From an uncultured beta proteobacterium (lineage in GTDB: Bacteria > Pseudomonadota > Gammaproteobacteria > Burkholderiales > Burkholderiaceae): a stretch of DNA of 64,000 nucleotides. Location: NCBI GenBank assembly GCA_963800185.1, contig CAWCZW010000010.1, positions 3,533 to 67,532 of the forward strand. Direction: 5' to 3'. Made by a program: the position numbers and the translations under genes. Under the pieces are notes generated by a model. That model searched no databases, was not told the DNA's origin, and saw only the letters and a list, made by a program, of their open reading frames with translations. Positions 11,558 to 21,076 of this stretch are shown here, one piece after another. Every line of letters starts with the position of its first letter. Position 1 is the first letter of the stretch.

Positions 11558-12277
11558 ATGCCTGACTATCAACTGCCTAAACGCCGCCGCATCTTTCTGA
11601 TGCGTCACGGCGACGTCACCTACTTCGACGACTCCGGCCGCGCGATCGATCCTGAAACCGTGCCGCTGAACGCCAACGGCCGCGAGCAGGCGAGCGCGGC
11701 GGGCCGCGTGTTTGCCGAACAGCAGGTCCGCTTCGATCGGGTGATCGTCAGCGGCTTGCCGCGTACGGTCGAAACCGCGCACGCGCGTGCTGGCCGAAAC
11801 GGGCCAGCAGATCGAACTCGAAATCGAACCCGCGTGGCAGGAGATTCGCGGCGGCAGGCTGAGCAATATTCCGGCGCAGGATATCGAAGCGGCTTTTCTC
11901 GGCGTGTTCGACGGCATCGTGCCGGAAAGCACGCGCTTTCTCGACGGCGAGACCATCGGCGCGTTGTTTGACCGCGTGTTGCCGGCCGTCGCGCGGCTTG
12001 CGCGAGGACACCTCGTGGGACACCGTGCTGCTGGTGCTGCATGGCGGCGTGAATCGCGCGATTCTGTCGCATGCGCTTGACCGCCGGCGGCCGCACGTTC
12101 TTCGGCCATCTGTCGCAGGCCACGGGTTGCATCAACGCGCTCGACGTCGGCGCCAAGCCGCGCGACTGGGTGCTGCGCACGCTCAACTATTCCCCGCCGT
12201 CGCCGCTGCATCGCGACGTTCGCAACACCACGATGGAAATGCTCTACGCACAATTCATTCAATACAAGCGTAGCTGA
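11558..12277 (+). CDS. Histidine phosphatase (phosphoglycerate mutase superfamily; frameshifted)
   Basis: IFLMRHG catalytic motif; LVLHGGVNRAIL second His motif. Confidence 0.85.
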
Positions 12278-12297
12278 ACCCGAACTGGAGGAGACAT

Positions 12298-13406
12298 ATG
12301 GCGCAAGCCACACAGACCGGCGAACCAGAACACAAACCGGATTACTCGGCTTTCGAAGGCACGCGGCCGGTCAACGAACGGCAGCGCTTCGATACCGAAG
12401 CGCTTGGCCGCGTGGTTGACCCGGCATGTCGACGGATTTTCCGGACCGCTCACGCTGGAGCAGTTCGCGGGCGGCCAGTCCAATCCCACTTTCAAGCTGA
12501 TCACGCCGTCGCGCTCGTACGTGATGCGCGCAAAGCCCGGGCCGGCGGCGAAGCTGCTGCCGTCCGCGCATGCTGTCGAACGCGAATACCGCGTGATGCA
12601 CGCGCTTGCCGGCACCGACGTGCCGGTCGCGCAAATGCTCGCGTTGTGCGAGGACGAAAGCGTGATCGGCCGCGCGTTCTACGTGATGGAGTTCGTCGAA
12701 GGCCGCGTGCTGTGGGATCAGTCGCTGCCCGGCATGACGCCCGCCGAACGCACGGCGATCTACGACGAAATGAATCGCGTGATCGCGGCTTTGCATAGCG
12801 TCGACGTCGAGGCGGCCGGCCTCGCCGACTACGGCAAACCCGGCAATTACTTCGCGCGGCAGATCGGCCGCTGGAGCAAGCAGTACATCGCGTCCGAAAC
12901 CGAGCCGATCGACGCGATGCAGCGGCTGATCGAATGGCTGCCGCAGCATATGCCCGCCGAGACGCGGCGAGCGCGCGTCGGTCGTGCATGGCGACTACCG
13001 GCTCGACAATCTGATCTTCCATCCTGACGAGCCGCGAGTGCTGGCCGTGCTCGACTGGGAGCTGTCGACGCTCGGCGATCCGCTCGCCGACTTCGCCTAT
13101 CACTGCATGGCCTGGCATGTCGATCCGGCGAAATTTCGCGGCATCGCGGGACTGGATTGGGCGGCCCTCGGCATTCCCGACGAAGCCCAGTACGTCGAGC
13201 GCTATTGCAAGCGCACCGGCTTCGAGATTCACGGCGACTGGAACTTCTACCTCGCCTACAACATGTTCCGCATCGCCGCGATTCTGCAAGGGATCATGAA
13301 GCGCGTCGTCGACGGCACAGCGGCCAGCGCGCAGGCGCTCGACGCCGGTCGTCGCGCGAAACCGATGGCCGAACTTGCCTGGCATTACGCGCAGAAGGTG
13401 CGCTAA
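12298..13406 (+). CDS. APH-family phosphotransferase, ACAD10/11 kinase-domain-like (frameshifted)
   Basis: [58 protein letters not shown]. Confidence 0.88.
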
Positions 13407-13492
13407 CGCGCAGCCGGCTCAACCGAATCCGCGTGCTGAATCGGTGCGCGCAGACAGACCATCATCCGCTATCCGTTATCGCGAGGTCACAC

Positions 13493-14759
13493 ATGAATTT
13501 CGATTACACCCCGAAGGTTCAGGCATTGCGCGAAAAGCTGCTCGCCTTCTTCGACGAGCACATCTATCCGAACGAGCACGCGTTCTATCGCGGAGATTGC
13601 GCGCAATCGCCAGAACGGCAACGCGTGGCTGCCGACCGAACTGATCGAGCAACTGAAACACAAGGCGCGCGACGCCGGCCTGTGGAATCTGTTCCTGCCG
13701 GAATCCGAGCGCGGCGCCGGACTGACGAACCTCGAATACGCGCCGCTGTGCGAAATCATGGGCCGCGTGCCCTGGGCGCCGGAAGTGTTCAACTGCAGCG
13801 CGCCCGACACCGGCAACATGGAAACGATCGAGCGCTACGGCAGCGAGGAGCAACAAGCGCGAATGGCTCGAACCGCTGCTGCAAAGGCCAGATCCGCTCG
13901 GCGTTTCTGATGACGGAGCCGGAAGTGGCGTCGTCGGATGCGACCAATATCCAGACCAGCATCGTGCGCGACGGCGACTACTACGTGATCAACGGCCGCA
14001 AGTGGTGGTCGTCGGGCGCGGGCGATCCGCGCTGCAAGGTCTACATCGTCATGGGCAAGACCGATCCCGACGCGCCGACGCCACCAGCAGCAGTCGATGA
14101 TCCTCGTTCCCGCCGACGCCACCGGCATCACCGTGCATCGTCCGCTGACCGTGTTCGGCTACGACGACGCGCCGCACGGTCATATGGAAATCACGCTCGA
14201 GAACGTGCGCGTGCCGGCCACCAACATGCTGCTCGGCGAAGGCCGCGGCTTCGAGATCGCGCAAGGCCGCCTCGGACCGGGACGCATCCACCACTGCATG
14301 CGCCTGATCGGCCTCGCCGAGCGCGCGCTCGAACTGATGTGCGAAGCGCTCGCTGCAACGCGTCGCGTTCGGCAAGCCGATTGCGGAGCAAGGCGTGACG
14401 CTGGAGCGCATCGCCGAGGCGCGCAGCATGATCGAACAGGCGCGTCTGCTCACGCTGAAAGCCGCGTACATGATGGACACCGTCGGCAACAAGGGCGCGC
14501 GCGGCGAGATCGCGATGATCAAGGTGGTCGCGCCGAACATGGCGTGTCAGGTGATCGACTGGGCGATTCAGGCGCATGGCGGCGGCGGCTGTCAGCGACG
14601 ATTTCCCGCTGGCTTATGCGTATGCATCGGCGCGCACGCTGCGTTTCGCCGACGGCCCGGACGAAGTGCATCGCAATGCGATCGCCAAGCTCGAACTCGC
14701 GCGCCATCTGGATGCAGGCGCGGTCGGCCCAAGTTGAGATGCCAGTTACGCGAGTTTGA
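13493..14759 (+). CDS. Acyl-CoA dehydrogenase, ACAD10/11-like (several frameshifts)
   Basis: [60 protein letters not shown]. Confidence 0.9.
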
Positions 14760-14892
14760 GTTCGATTCAGGATGAACGGCCGACCGGTGCTTTTGGAGTT
14801 TTGAAAGCGGCCGTGTCGCCGTGCGCAGCATCGCGCGAAACTATGCGTCTAAATTTTGTTGGTTGCGGCGTGACGTACGGCAACGGAAAAAT

Positions 14893-14924
14893 AAAAGGCG
14901 CGAACTCCTGTTCGCGCCTTTTTG
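14893..14924. terminator. Bidirectional intrinsic terminator between the two convergent acyl-CoA operons
   Basis: AAAAGGCGCGAAC-TCCT-GTTCGCGCCTTTTT. Confidence 0.85.
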
Positions 14925-14971
14925 CGATACGTTTGTGCTTAGTGTTCCGCGTCGAAACGCATGCACAACCG

Positions 14972-15448
14972 CTAAGAAGTAATGCCGCGTGATGAATCCG
15001 CGACACACACCGGCCGCTCGCTGCCCTGCCGTTCCAAGGTGACGTTCCATACACACCTGGCTATCCATTGTCATCGACCTCGGTAACGGACTCCACCGCG
15101 AATTTCGCGCGCAACTGCGAGCCGACCAGAACCGGTGACGTGAACCGCACGCGATTCAATCCGTAGTTGACGCCCATGCGCTGTTTGATCGCGACCGTCT
15201 GACCCAGCAGAGCCGGGATCAACGACAGCGTCAGGAAGCCATGCGCAACCGGACCGCCGAACGGCGATTCGCGGCGCGCCCGCTCCGGGTCGATGTGAAT
15301 CCATTGGTGATCGCCGGTCGCTTCAGCGAACAGATCGACGCGCGCCTGATCGACCGTCAGCCAGTCGCTGATCAGCGGCTCGGCACCGACTGCGCGCGCA
15401 GCCCTTGTGCGTTACAAACGTCGCGGCAGACGCCGCACCGAACGTCAT
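14972..15448 (-). CDS. MaoC-family (R)-specific enoyl-CoA hydratase (heavily error-disrupted)
   Basis: FAEATGDHQWIHIDPERA, AHGFLTLSL, VNYGLNRVRFTSPV read across frames; ends reconstructed. Confidence 0.75.
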
Positions 15449-15902
15449 AACGCGGCCCCGGATTGCGCAGTCCGAACATCCCTTTCGAATCACCGTAATC
15501 ACCATCTCGCCATGCTGGTTGATACCCTTCCCAGCGCGTCGACACAATGCCGCGGTCCGGCTTGCTTTCGGAAACGCGCTTGTCGAGCACGACGTTCATC
15601 ATCGTGATCGTGTCGCCGACCCGCACCGGCTTCAGCCAGCGAATCTCGTCGATTCCGGGCGAGCCCATCGACGTGGAACCCGCAAACGCATTGCGCACCA
15701 GCATGCCCATCATGACCGAACAGGTATGCCAGCCGCTCGCCACCAGTCCGCGAAACGGCGACTTTTCCGCCGCCGCTTCGTCCAGATGAAACGGCTGCGG
15801 ATCGAACTTCTCCGCGAACTCGACAATCTCTTCGCGCGTGAACGTGTGCTTGCCGATTTCGGTGCTCGTGCCGACTATCAGGTCTTCAAAACTCAAGCTC
15901 AT
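15445..15902 (-). CDS. MaoC-family dehydratase (frameshift near 15525)
   Basis: FAEKFDPQPFHLD, ASGWHT, GSPGIDEIRWLKPVRVGD. Confidence 0.85.
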
Positions 15903-15938
15903 GGTCGTATCTCCTGCTTATCCGGTTGAACAGATCGA

Positions 15939-17075
15939 TCAGTCTTCGGCATTGACAAAGCCGGCAGCGCGGCGAACCGCGCGAGATGATGATCGACGTC
16001 GCCCAGCGTCGTTTCGATGATCGCCAGCCGCTTGAACAGATGCGCCGCCGCCACTTCGTTCGTGACGCCCATGCCGCCGTGCAACTGCACCGCCTGCTGG
16101 CCGACAAAGCGCGCGGCCTGCCCGACCCGTGACCTTCGCCGCGGAAATCGCACGACGACGCTCGTCCGCGTCCTCGCTCGTGTAGCGCATGGCCGCCAGA
16201 TAGGTGATCGAACGCGCCTGCTCGGCATGAATCAACATCTCGACCATACGATGCTGCAGCGCCTGGAAGCGCGCGATCGGCTGGCCGAACTGCTGACGCG
16301 TTTTCGTGTAATCGACGGTGGCGAGGTTCAGCGCGTCGAGTGCGCCGATGGCTTCCGCGCACAGCAGCAACGTGCCGTAGTCGGCGATATGTTCGAGCGC
16401 GGCCGCGCCCGCATGCTTGCCGATGAGCCGGCGTGCCGGCGTGCCGCTGAACTTCAGCGTCGCTGCGCGTTGGCCGTCGATCGTGCGGTAGTCCGTGACC
16501 TTGACGCCCGCCGCATCGCGCGCCACGACAAAGAGCGCGATCTCGCCATTCAGGCGCGCCGGCACGATCCAGTGATCGGCTTGCGCGCCGTGCAGCACAA
16601 CCGATTTCGTGCCGGTAAGCGCCTGGTGCCCGTTCGATCGCGCTGCTCGTTCGCGACCGTCGTCGACCTCGAACAGGTCGTAGCGTGCCTGCGGTTCGTG
16701 AAATGCCACTGCCAGTTTGACTTCGCCCTGCGCCGCGCGCTCCAGCAGCGCGGCGTCTTCGCCGTCGCCCGAGCCCGCAATGCGCAGCGCCTCGATGCCG
16801 ACTGCAGTTGCCCAGTACGGCTCGACGACCAACGCACGGCCAAGCTCCTGCATGACCACCAGCATGTCGATCGGACCGCCATTAAAGCCACCCTGCGCTT
16901 CCGGCACCGGCAGTGCTGTCAGGCCCAGTTCGGTAAACGCTGCCCAATGCGGATCCGACACGCCGGCTTCCGAACGCACGATCGCCTGCCGCGCTTCGAA
17001 GCCATAGCTCTTGTCCAGATAGCGGCGCAACGCGTCGGCAAATTGCTGTTGTTCGTCGTTGAAAGTGAAGTCCAT
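15939..17075 (-). CDS. Acyl-CoA dehydrogenase, PimD-like small subunit (frameshifts)
   Basis: MDFTFNDEQQ, TRQQFGQPIARFQALQHR, AVQLHGGMGVT. Confidence 0.85.
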   Translation of the reverse strand: MDFTFNDEQQQFADALRRYLDKSYGFEARQAIVRSEAGVSDPHWAAFTELGLTALPVPEAQGGFNGGPIDMLVVMQELGRALVVEPYWATAVGIEALRIAGSGDGEDAALLERAAQGEVKLAVAFHEPQARYDLFEVDDGRERAARSNGHQALTGTKSVVLHGAQADHWIVPARLNGEIALFVVARDAAGVKVTDYRTIDGQRAATLKFSGTPARRLIGKHAGAAALEHIADYGTLLLCAEAIGALDALNLATVDYTKTRQQFGQPIARFQALQHRMVEMLIHAEQARSITYLAAMRYTSEDADERRRAISAAKVTGRAGRALCRPAGGAVARRHGRHERSGGGASVQAAGDHRNDAGRRRSSSRAVRRAAGFVNAED

Positions 17076-17085
17076 GCGCCGCTCC

Positions 17086-18282
17086 TCAAAGTCCCAGAAT
17101 CATCTGCGCGATGATGTTCTTTTGAATTTCGTTCGAGCCGCCGTAAATCGACGTCTTGCGGAAGTTGAAGTAGTACGCGGCGAGCGGCGCGGCATCGTCG
17201 TCGCCGGCCAGGCTGTGCTCGCGTTCGCCTTCGAGGAACGGCACGTCGAACGGTGCGGCGAGCGGGCCGACGGCTTCGAACATGAGTTCGGTCAGCGCCT
17301 GCTGGACTTCCGTGCCCTTGATCTTCAGCATCGACGCCTCGGGCCCCGGCCCGCGGCCGCCGGTTTCATTTGCGACGACACGCTGCACGGTGACTTCCAG
17401 CGCCATCAACTCGATTTCGAGGCTCGCGACTTTCGCCGCGAAAACCGGATCCTGCAGCAGCGGTTTGCCGTTCTTTTTCTGATTCAGAGCGAGGCGCTTC
17501 AGGAATGCGAGTTCGCGCTTCGAACTGCCGACACGCGCAATGCCCGTGCGCTCGTGGCCGAGCAGATACTTCGCGTAAGTCCAGCCACGGTTCTCTTCGC
17601 CGACCAGATTTTCAACCGGCACTTTCACGTCTTCGAAAAACACTTCGTTGACTTCGTGATCTTCGTCGAGCGTGATGATCGGGCGCACGGTGATGCCCGG
17701 CGTTTTCATATCGATCAGCAGAAAAGAGATGCCTTCCTGCTTTTTTGCACCGCTGTCGGTGCGCACAAGGCAGAACATCATGTCGGCGTACTGGCCGAGC
17801 GTAGTCCAGGTTTTCTGACCGTTGACGACGTAGTGATCGCCGACCCGCTCGGCGCGGGTGCGCAGCGACGCAAGATCGGAACCGGAGCCCGGCTCGGAAT
17901 AGCCTTGGCACCACCAGTCGGTGCCGTCGAGAATGCGCGGCAAATAATGGCGCTTTTGTGCCTCACTGCCATACTTCATCAGCACGGGCGCCACCATCGA
18001 TACCCCGAAAGGCAGGACGGACGGCGCGCCGATGCGCGCACACTCTTCTTCCCAGATGTGCCGCTGAGTCGCGTCCCAACCTGGGCCGCCATATTCTTTC
18101 GGCCATGCAACCACCGACCAGCCGCGGGTACCTAGCAGCTTGTGCCAGTCTGCGAAATCTTCGCGTGCGAGACGCTTGTGGTTGAGTACTTTGTCGCTCA
18201 GCTCGCGAGGCAGATTCGCTTCGAGCCAGCCACGGATATCGGCGCGAAATGCGTCGTCAGCGGGGGAATAGTCCAGATTCAT
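17086..18282 (-). CDS. Acyl-CoA dehydrogenase, PimC-like large subunit
   Basis: Intact 398 aa; WCQGYSEPGSGSDLASL, NGQKTWTT, SIYGGSNEIQKNII. Confidence 0.9.
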   Translation of the reverse strand: MNLDYSPADDAFRADIRGWLEANLPRELSDKVLNHKRLAREDFADWHKLLGTRGWSVVAWPKEYGGPGWDATQRHIWEEECARIGAPSVLPFGVSMVAPVLMKYGSEAQKRHYLPRILDGTDWWCQGYSEPGSGSDLASLRTRAERVGDHYVVNGQKTWTTLGQYADMMFCLVRTDSGAKKQEGISFLLIDMKTPGITVRPIITLDEDHEVNEVFFEDVKVPVENLVGEENRGWTYAKYLLGHERTGIARVGSSKRELAFLKRLALNQKKNGKPLLQDPVFAAKVASLEIELMALEVTVQRVVANETGGRGPGPEASMLKIKGTEVQQALTELMFEAVGPLAAPFDVPFLEGEREHSLAGDDDAAPLAAYYFNFRKTSIYGGSNEIQKNIIAQMILGL

Positions 18283-18330
18283 GCGTAGCGTCTCCTGGCC
18301 GCAACCACCCGCCGCCAGGGATCCGCTGCG

Positions 18331-18756
18331 CTATTGCAGCGGTTCCTTCAAAGCGGCAGGAACTGGCAGCGGCATCACTTCGATGCCTTCTTCGACCAAG
18401 GCTCGCGCATCTTCCGGTGTCGTGACCCCGCGAATATTGCGAGCCGGCGCTTCGTTGTAGTGAATGCGCCGTGCTTCCTCGGCGAAGCGGTCGCCCACGT
18501 TCTCGGTCTTCTCCAGCACCTCGCGCAGCGCACGCATGACGCGCGCCTGCATGTCGCCAGCCTCCGCCGGCGGCTTCGCTTCGGTCGCGCCCGACAGGTT
18601 CAGGCGCGGTGCCGACGGCAAGCGGCTTACTTCGTTCGCCCCGCAGATCGGACATTCGACGAGCTTGCGGGACTGCTGCGATTCGAAGTCATCAGCCGAA
18701 GCAAACCAGCCTTCGAACCGATGGCCATGCGGACACTGTAAATCGAGGACCTTCAT
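18331..18756 (-). CDS. DUF1178 family protein (zinc-ribbon-like N-terminus)
   Basis: LQCPHGHRFEGWF, ECPICG, VGDRFAEEARRIHY. Confidence 0.85.
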   Translation of the reverse strand: MKVLDLQCPHGHRFEGWFASADDFESQQSRKLVECPICGANEVSRLPSAPRLNLSGATEAKPPAEAGDMQARVMRALREVLEKTENVGDRFAEEARRIHYNEAPARNIRGVTTPEDARALVEEGIEVMPLPVPAALKEPLQ

Positions 18757-18799
18757 GTGGAATCAGGGCTTGCGTGCCAGTTTAGCGCAAAAACGAAAT

Positions 18800-18819
18800 T
18801 TGTGAACGGTCGTTCGTAA
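18800..18819. promoter_or_regulatory. Second FadP-like palindromic operator upstream of DUF1178 operon
   Basis: TTGTGAACGGTCGTTCGTAA; core GAACG-GT-CGTTC with AT-rich flanks, same architecture as the 9132-9151 site. Confidence 0.55.
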
Positions 18820-19001
18820 ATTTTTACGGACGACTCTCCGACGCCGCCGTCGCTGACAAATCGAACGCGGTGGGCGATTTTAACGCTTTGCGCCAACGGA
18901 CTGCCGAAGGTGTCCTGACGGCCGGGCAACACCACTTGAACGCTAGCAAAACTTGCCAATCGGATCTGGACAAACGGTTGTGTGCCTCGCTACCGCCCGA
19001 G

Positions 19002-19526
19002 CTATACAACCAGCCTCTCAAGCTGGCGGTTAAAGCGCGGCTCGAGTCCCCGCGCTTCCTTCGCAAGATTGATCTGCTTGGCCGATTTCGCGACATCTGC
19101 CACGTCTGCGCTGATGTCGTATCCGCCGCGTTCGTTCAGCCAATCGAGAATGTCCGAAAGATGCCATACGGACGCACTGCCCTCATGCACAGGCGGCGGG
19201 AAGTCGATTGCGTGGCTCAGCATCAGCTTGCGCATGTTCTGCCGCGACACGCCAGCGACCTCGGCGACGTCGGTGAGTCCGACGAAATCGGGCCCTGCCT
19301 CGACGAGGCGGGCTGACGGCACCACCTGTTTGACGTCTTTAAGTGCGCTGACCAGCGCTGCGAACGCAGACTCGCCTTCGCGAGAAAAGAGCAATGCGAG
19401 GCGGCCCGCCTGGCCCACGCCAACGGTTGCGTCGTCGCAACCTGCTTCGCCCAAACGCTCGACAATCGCGTCCAGATCGCAGTCTTCAGCGCAGAGCCGG
19501 TACTTCAAGGTGAACACATATTCCAT
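19002..19526 (-). CDS. DNA-binding protein with C-terminal AlpA-like HTH; putative antitoxin
   Basis: Intact 174 aa; VGLTDVAEVAGVSRQNMRKL HTH and FPPPV...VWHLSDILDWL AlpA-like wing; GGAGG-like RBS upstream. Confidence 0.7.
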   Translation of the reverse strand: MEYVFTLKYRLCAEDCDLDAIVERLGEAGCDDATVGVGQAGRLALLFSREGESAFAALVSALKDVKQVVPSARLVEAGPDFVGLTDVAEVAGVSRQNMRKLMLSHAIDFPPPVHEGSASVWHLSDILDWLNERGGYDISADVADVAKSAKQINLAKEARGLEPRFNRQLERLVV

Positions 19527-19551
19527 ACGCTACTTCCGCCTCCCTTCAACC

Positions 19552-19833
19552 CTAAAACTTCGCCATCCAAAACTTACCCGCTACCGGCGAGCGCGTGCAG
19601 TTGTCGACGATGCGGCGCAGATGCCTTGCATGATTATCTGGATTCTTCGGCGTACTCCAGATGCTCGAAATACAAAACTCACCACAACGACATTCCGCGT
19701 CTTTATAAGGACAGTACATCTTTCCCCAAGCGTGACTCTTCCCGCCGCTCTGGACGCGCCAGCCTTTCTTTTCCGCATACGTCAATGCAGCCTCGATCTC
19801 TTTCTTCGAGTGATTTCCTCGAACCATCGACAC
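19552..19833 (-). CDS. Small basic Cys-rich protein, HicA-like; putative toxin (start may be ATG 19827)
   Basis: KEIEAALTYAEKKGWRVQSGGKSHAWGKM resembles the HicA GW-x-G-S-H core; five Cys. Confidence 0.55.
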   Translation of the reverse strand: MSMVRGNHSKKEIEAALTYAEKKGWRVQSGGKSHAWGKMYCPYKDAECRCGEFCISSIWSTPKNPDNHARHLRRIVDNCTRSPVAGKFWMAKF

Positions 19834-19838
19834 CCTCC

Positions 19839-19880
19839 AATTTAGCGATCACGGCAAAGGTTGTCAAGTGACAACCTTTG
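19839..19880 (-). promoter_or_regulatory. Sigma70 promoter overlapped by perfect 12-bp inverted-repeat operator
   Basis: Minus strand TTGACA (19867-19862), 17 nt, TAAATT (19844-19839); CAAAGGTTGTCA-AG-TGACAACCTTTG at 19855-19880. Confidence 0.8.
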
Positions 19881-20080
19881 TTAATAACCGGAACTCAGTT
19901 CTTCTCAGAACATTCGTTATCCCAAGTAAAGGAAAACGCCAACGTCGCGAAGAAAGGTTCATGCTAGCGCGCGGGCTATCATCGAGCGAGACGGCCAGAA
20001 GTCATAGGAAAACGGGATATTTCTGAGAAACCGGATACTGCATCGAACCGCATCGCAGCGATTATGAGCGCCAGAATGAC

Positions 20081-20116
20081 AAAGCCCCTGCTGGTCACAG
20101 ACCGGCAGGGGCTTTT
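20081..20116. terminator. Intrinsic terminator at end of nuo-DUF2818-NUDIX transcript
   Basis: AAAGCCCCTGCTGGTC-ACA-GACCGGCAGGGGCTTTT. Confidence 0.8.
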
Positions 20117-20151
20117 CACAAGCTTCGGGCTATCGCACCCGAAACGCAGTG

Positions 20152-20736
20152 CTATTGCGGCTCAGCCGTGGGCCACGCGCCCGACAACACCTTCTCGAGC
20201 CAGAACGTGCCGATGATCGTCTTCACGTCCGTGATCTTGCCAGTGCGCACCCACTCGGACACTTCATCGACAGTTGCCGTGAACAGTTCGAGGAACTCGC
20301 CTTCGTCGAGTTTGCGCTCGCCCGCCGTCAAGCCGCGCGCGAGATAAATATCGATGAACTCGGTCGAGTACGAAATGATCGGGTGAATACGCGTCAGATA
20401 AACATAGTCACGCGCTGTATAGCCGGTTTCCTCGCGCAACTCGCGAATCGCGCAAGCCAGCGCGCCTTCGTTCGGATCGAGCTTGCCGGCGGGATACTCG
20501 ACCATGACCTTGCCCATCGGATACCGATACTGGCTTTCCAGCAGCACACGACCATCGTCGAACAGCGGAATCACCATCACCGCGCCCGGGTGCTGAACAT
20601 ATTCACGGGTCGCCTGTTTGCCGTCGGGCAAACGAACGGTATCGCAATTGACCGTCAGAAACGGTCCCTTGTAGACCTGCTTGCTATCGACACAGGTCTC
20701 GGTAAGCGCGGCGTCGTGATCGGGAAGTTCAGCCAT
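20152..20736 (-). CDS. NUDIX hydrolase (ADP-ribose pyrophosphatase-like)
   Basis: Nudix box AGKLDPNEGALACAIRELREETGY; QYRYP. Confidence 0.9.
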   Translation of the reverse strand: MAELPDHDAALTETCVDSKQVYKGPFLTVNCDTVRLPDGKQATREYVQHPGAVMVIPLFDDGRVLLESQYRYPMGKVMVEYPAGKLDPNEGALACAIRELREETGYTARDYVYLTRIHPIISYSTEFIDIYLARGLTAGERKLDEGEFLELFTATVDEVSEWVRTGKITDVKTIIGTFWLEKVLSGAWPTAEPQ

Positions 20737-20779
20737 ATGCGGACCTCAGGACAGCGTGGTGCGCGACGGCGAGACGCCG

Positions 20780-21076
20780 TCAGCGGCGTTTGACGAGATA
20801 TTGGAAGGTGAAGCCGGGAAACGCGAACACGATGAACAGCGCGAACGTAATGGCGTAGAACTGCCAGCCCTGTTCAAAACGGTTCCCCGCTCGCGCTTCA
20901 AGCAAAAAGCCGAATGCGCCGACCACGAAGTACAGCACGATCAATTCGGCAATCCGGATCCACGCGCTCTTCTTCACCGCTTTCAACGGCACAGCGGCGA
21001 AGAGGCGTTGATTCAGAAATGGCAGGTTGGCGCCGACCAGCGCCAACAACACGATAAACCAGCCCGCAGCCGACAT
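20780..21076 (-). CDS. DUF2818 family membrane protein
   Basis: MSAAGWFIVLLALVGANLPF...QGWQFYAIT...FPGF; TGATG overlap with nuoN stop. Confidence 0.75.
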   Translation of the reverse strand: MSAAGWFIVLLALVGANLPFLNQRLFAAVPLKAVKKSAWIRIAELIVLYFVVGAFGFLLEARAGNRFEQGWQFYAITFALFIVFAFPGFTFQYLVKRR

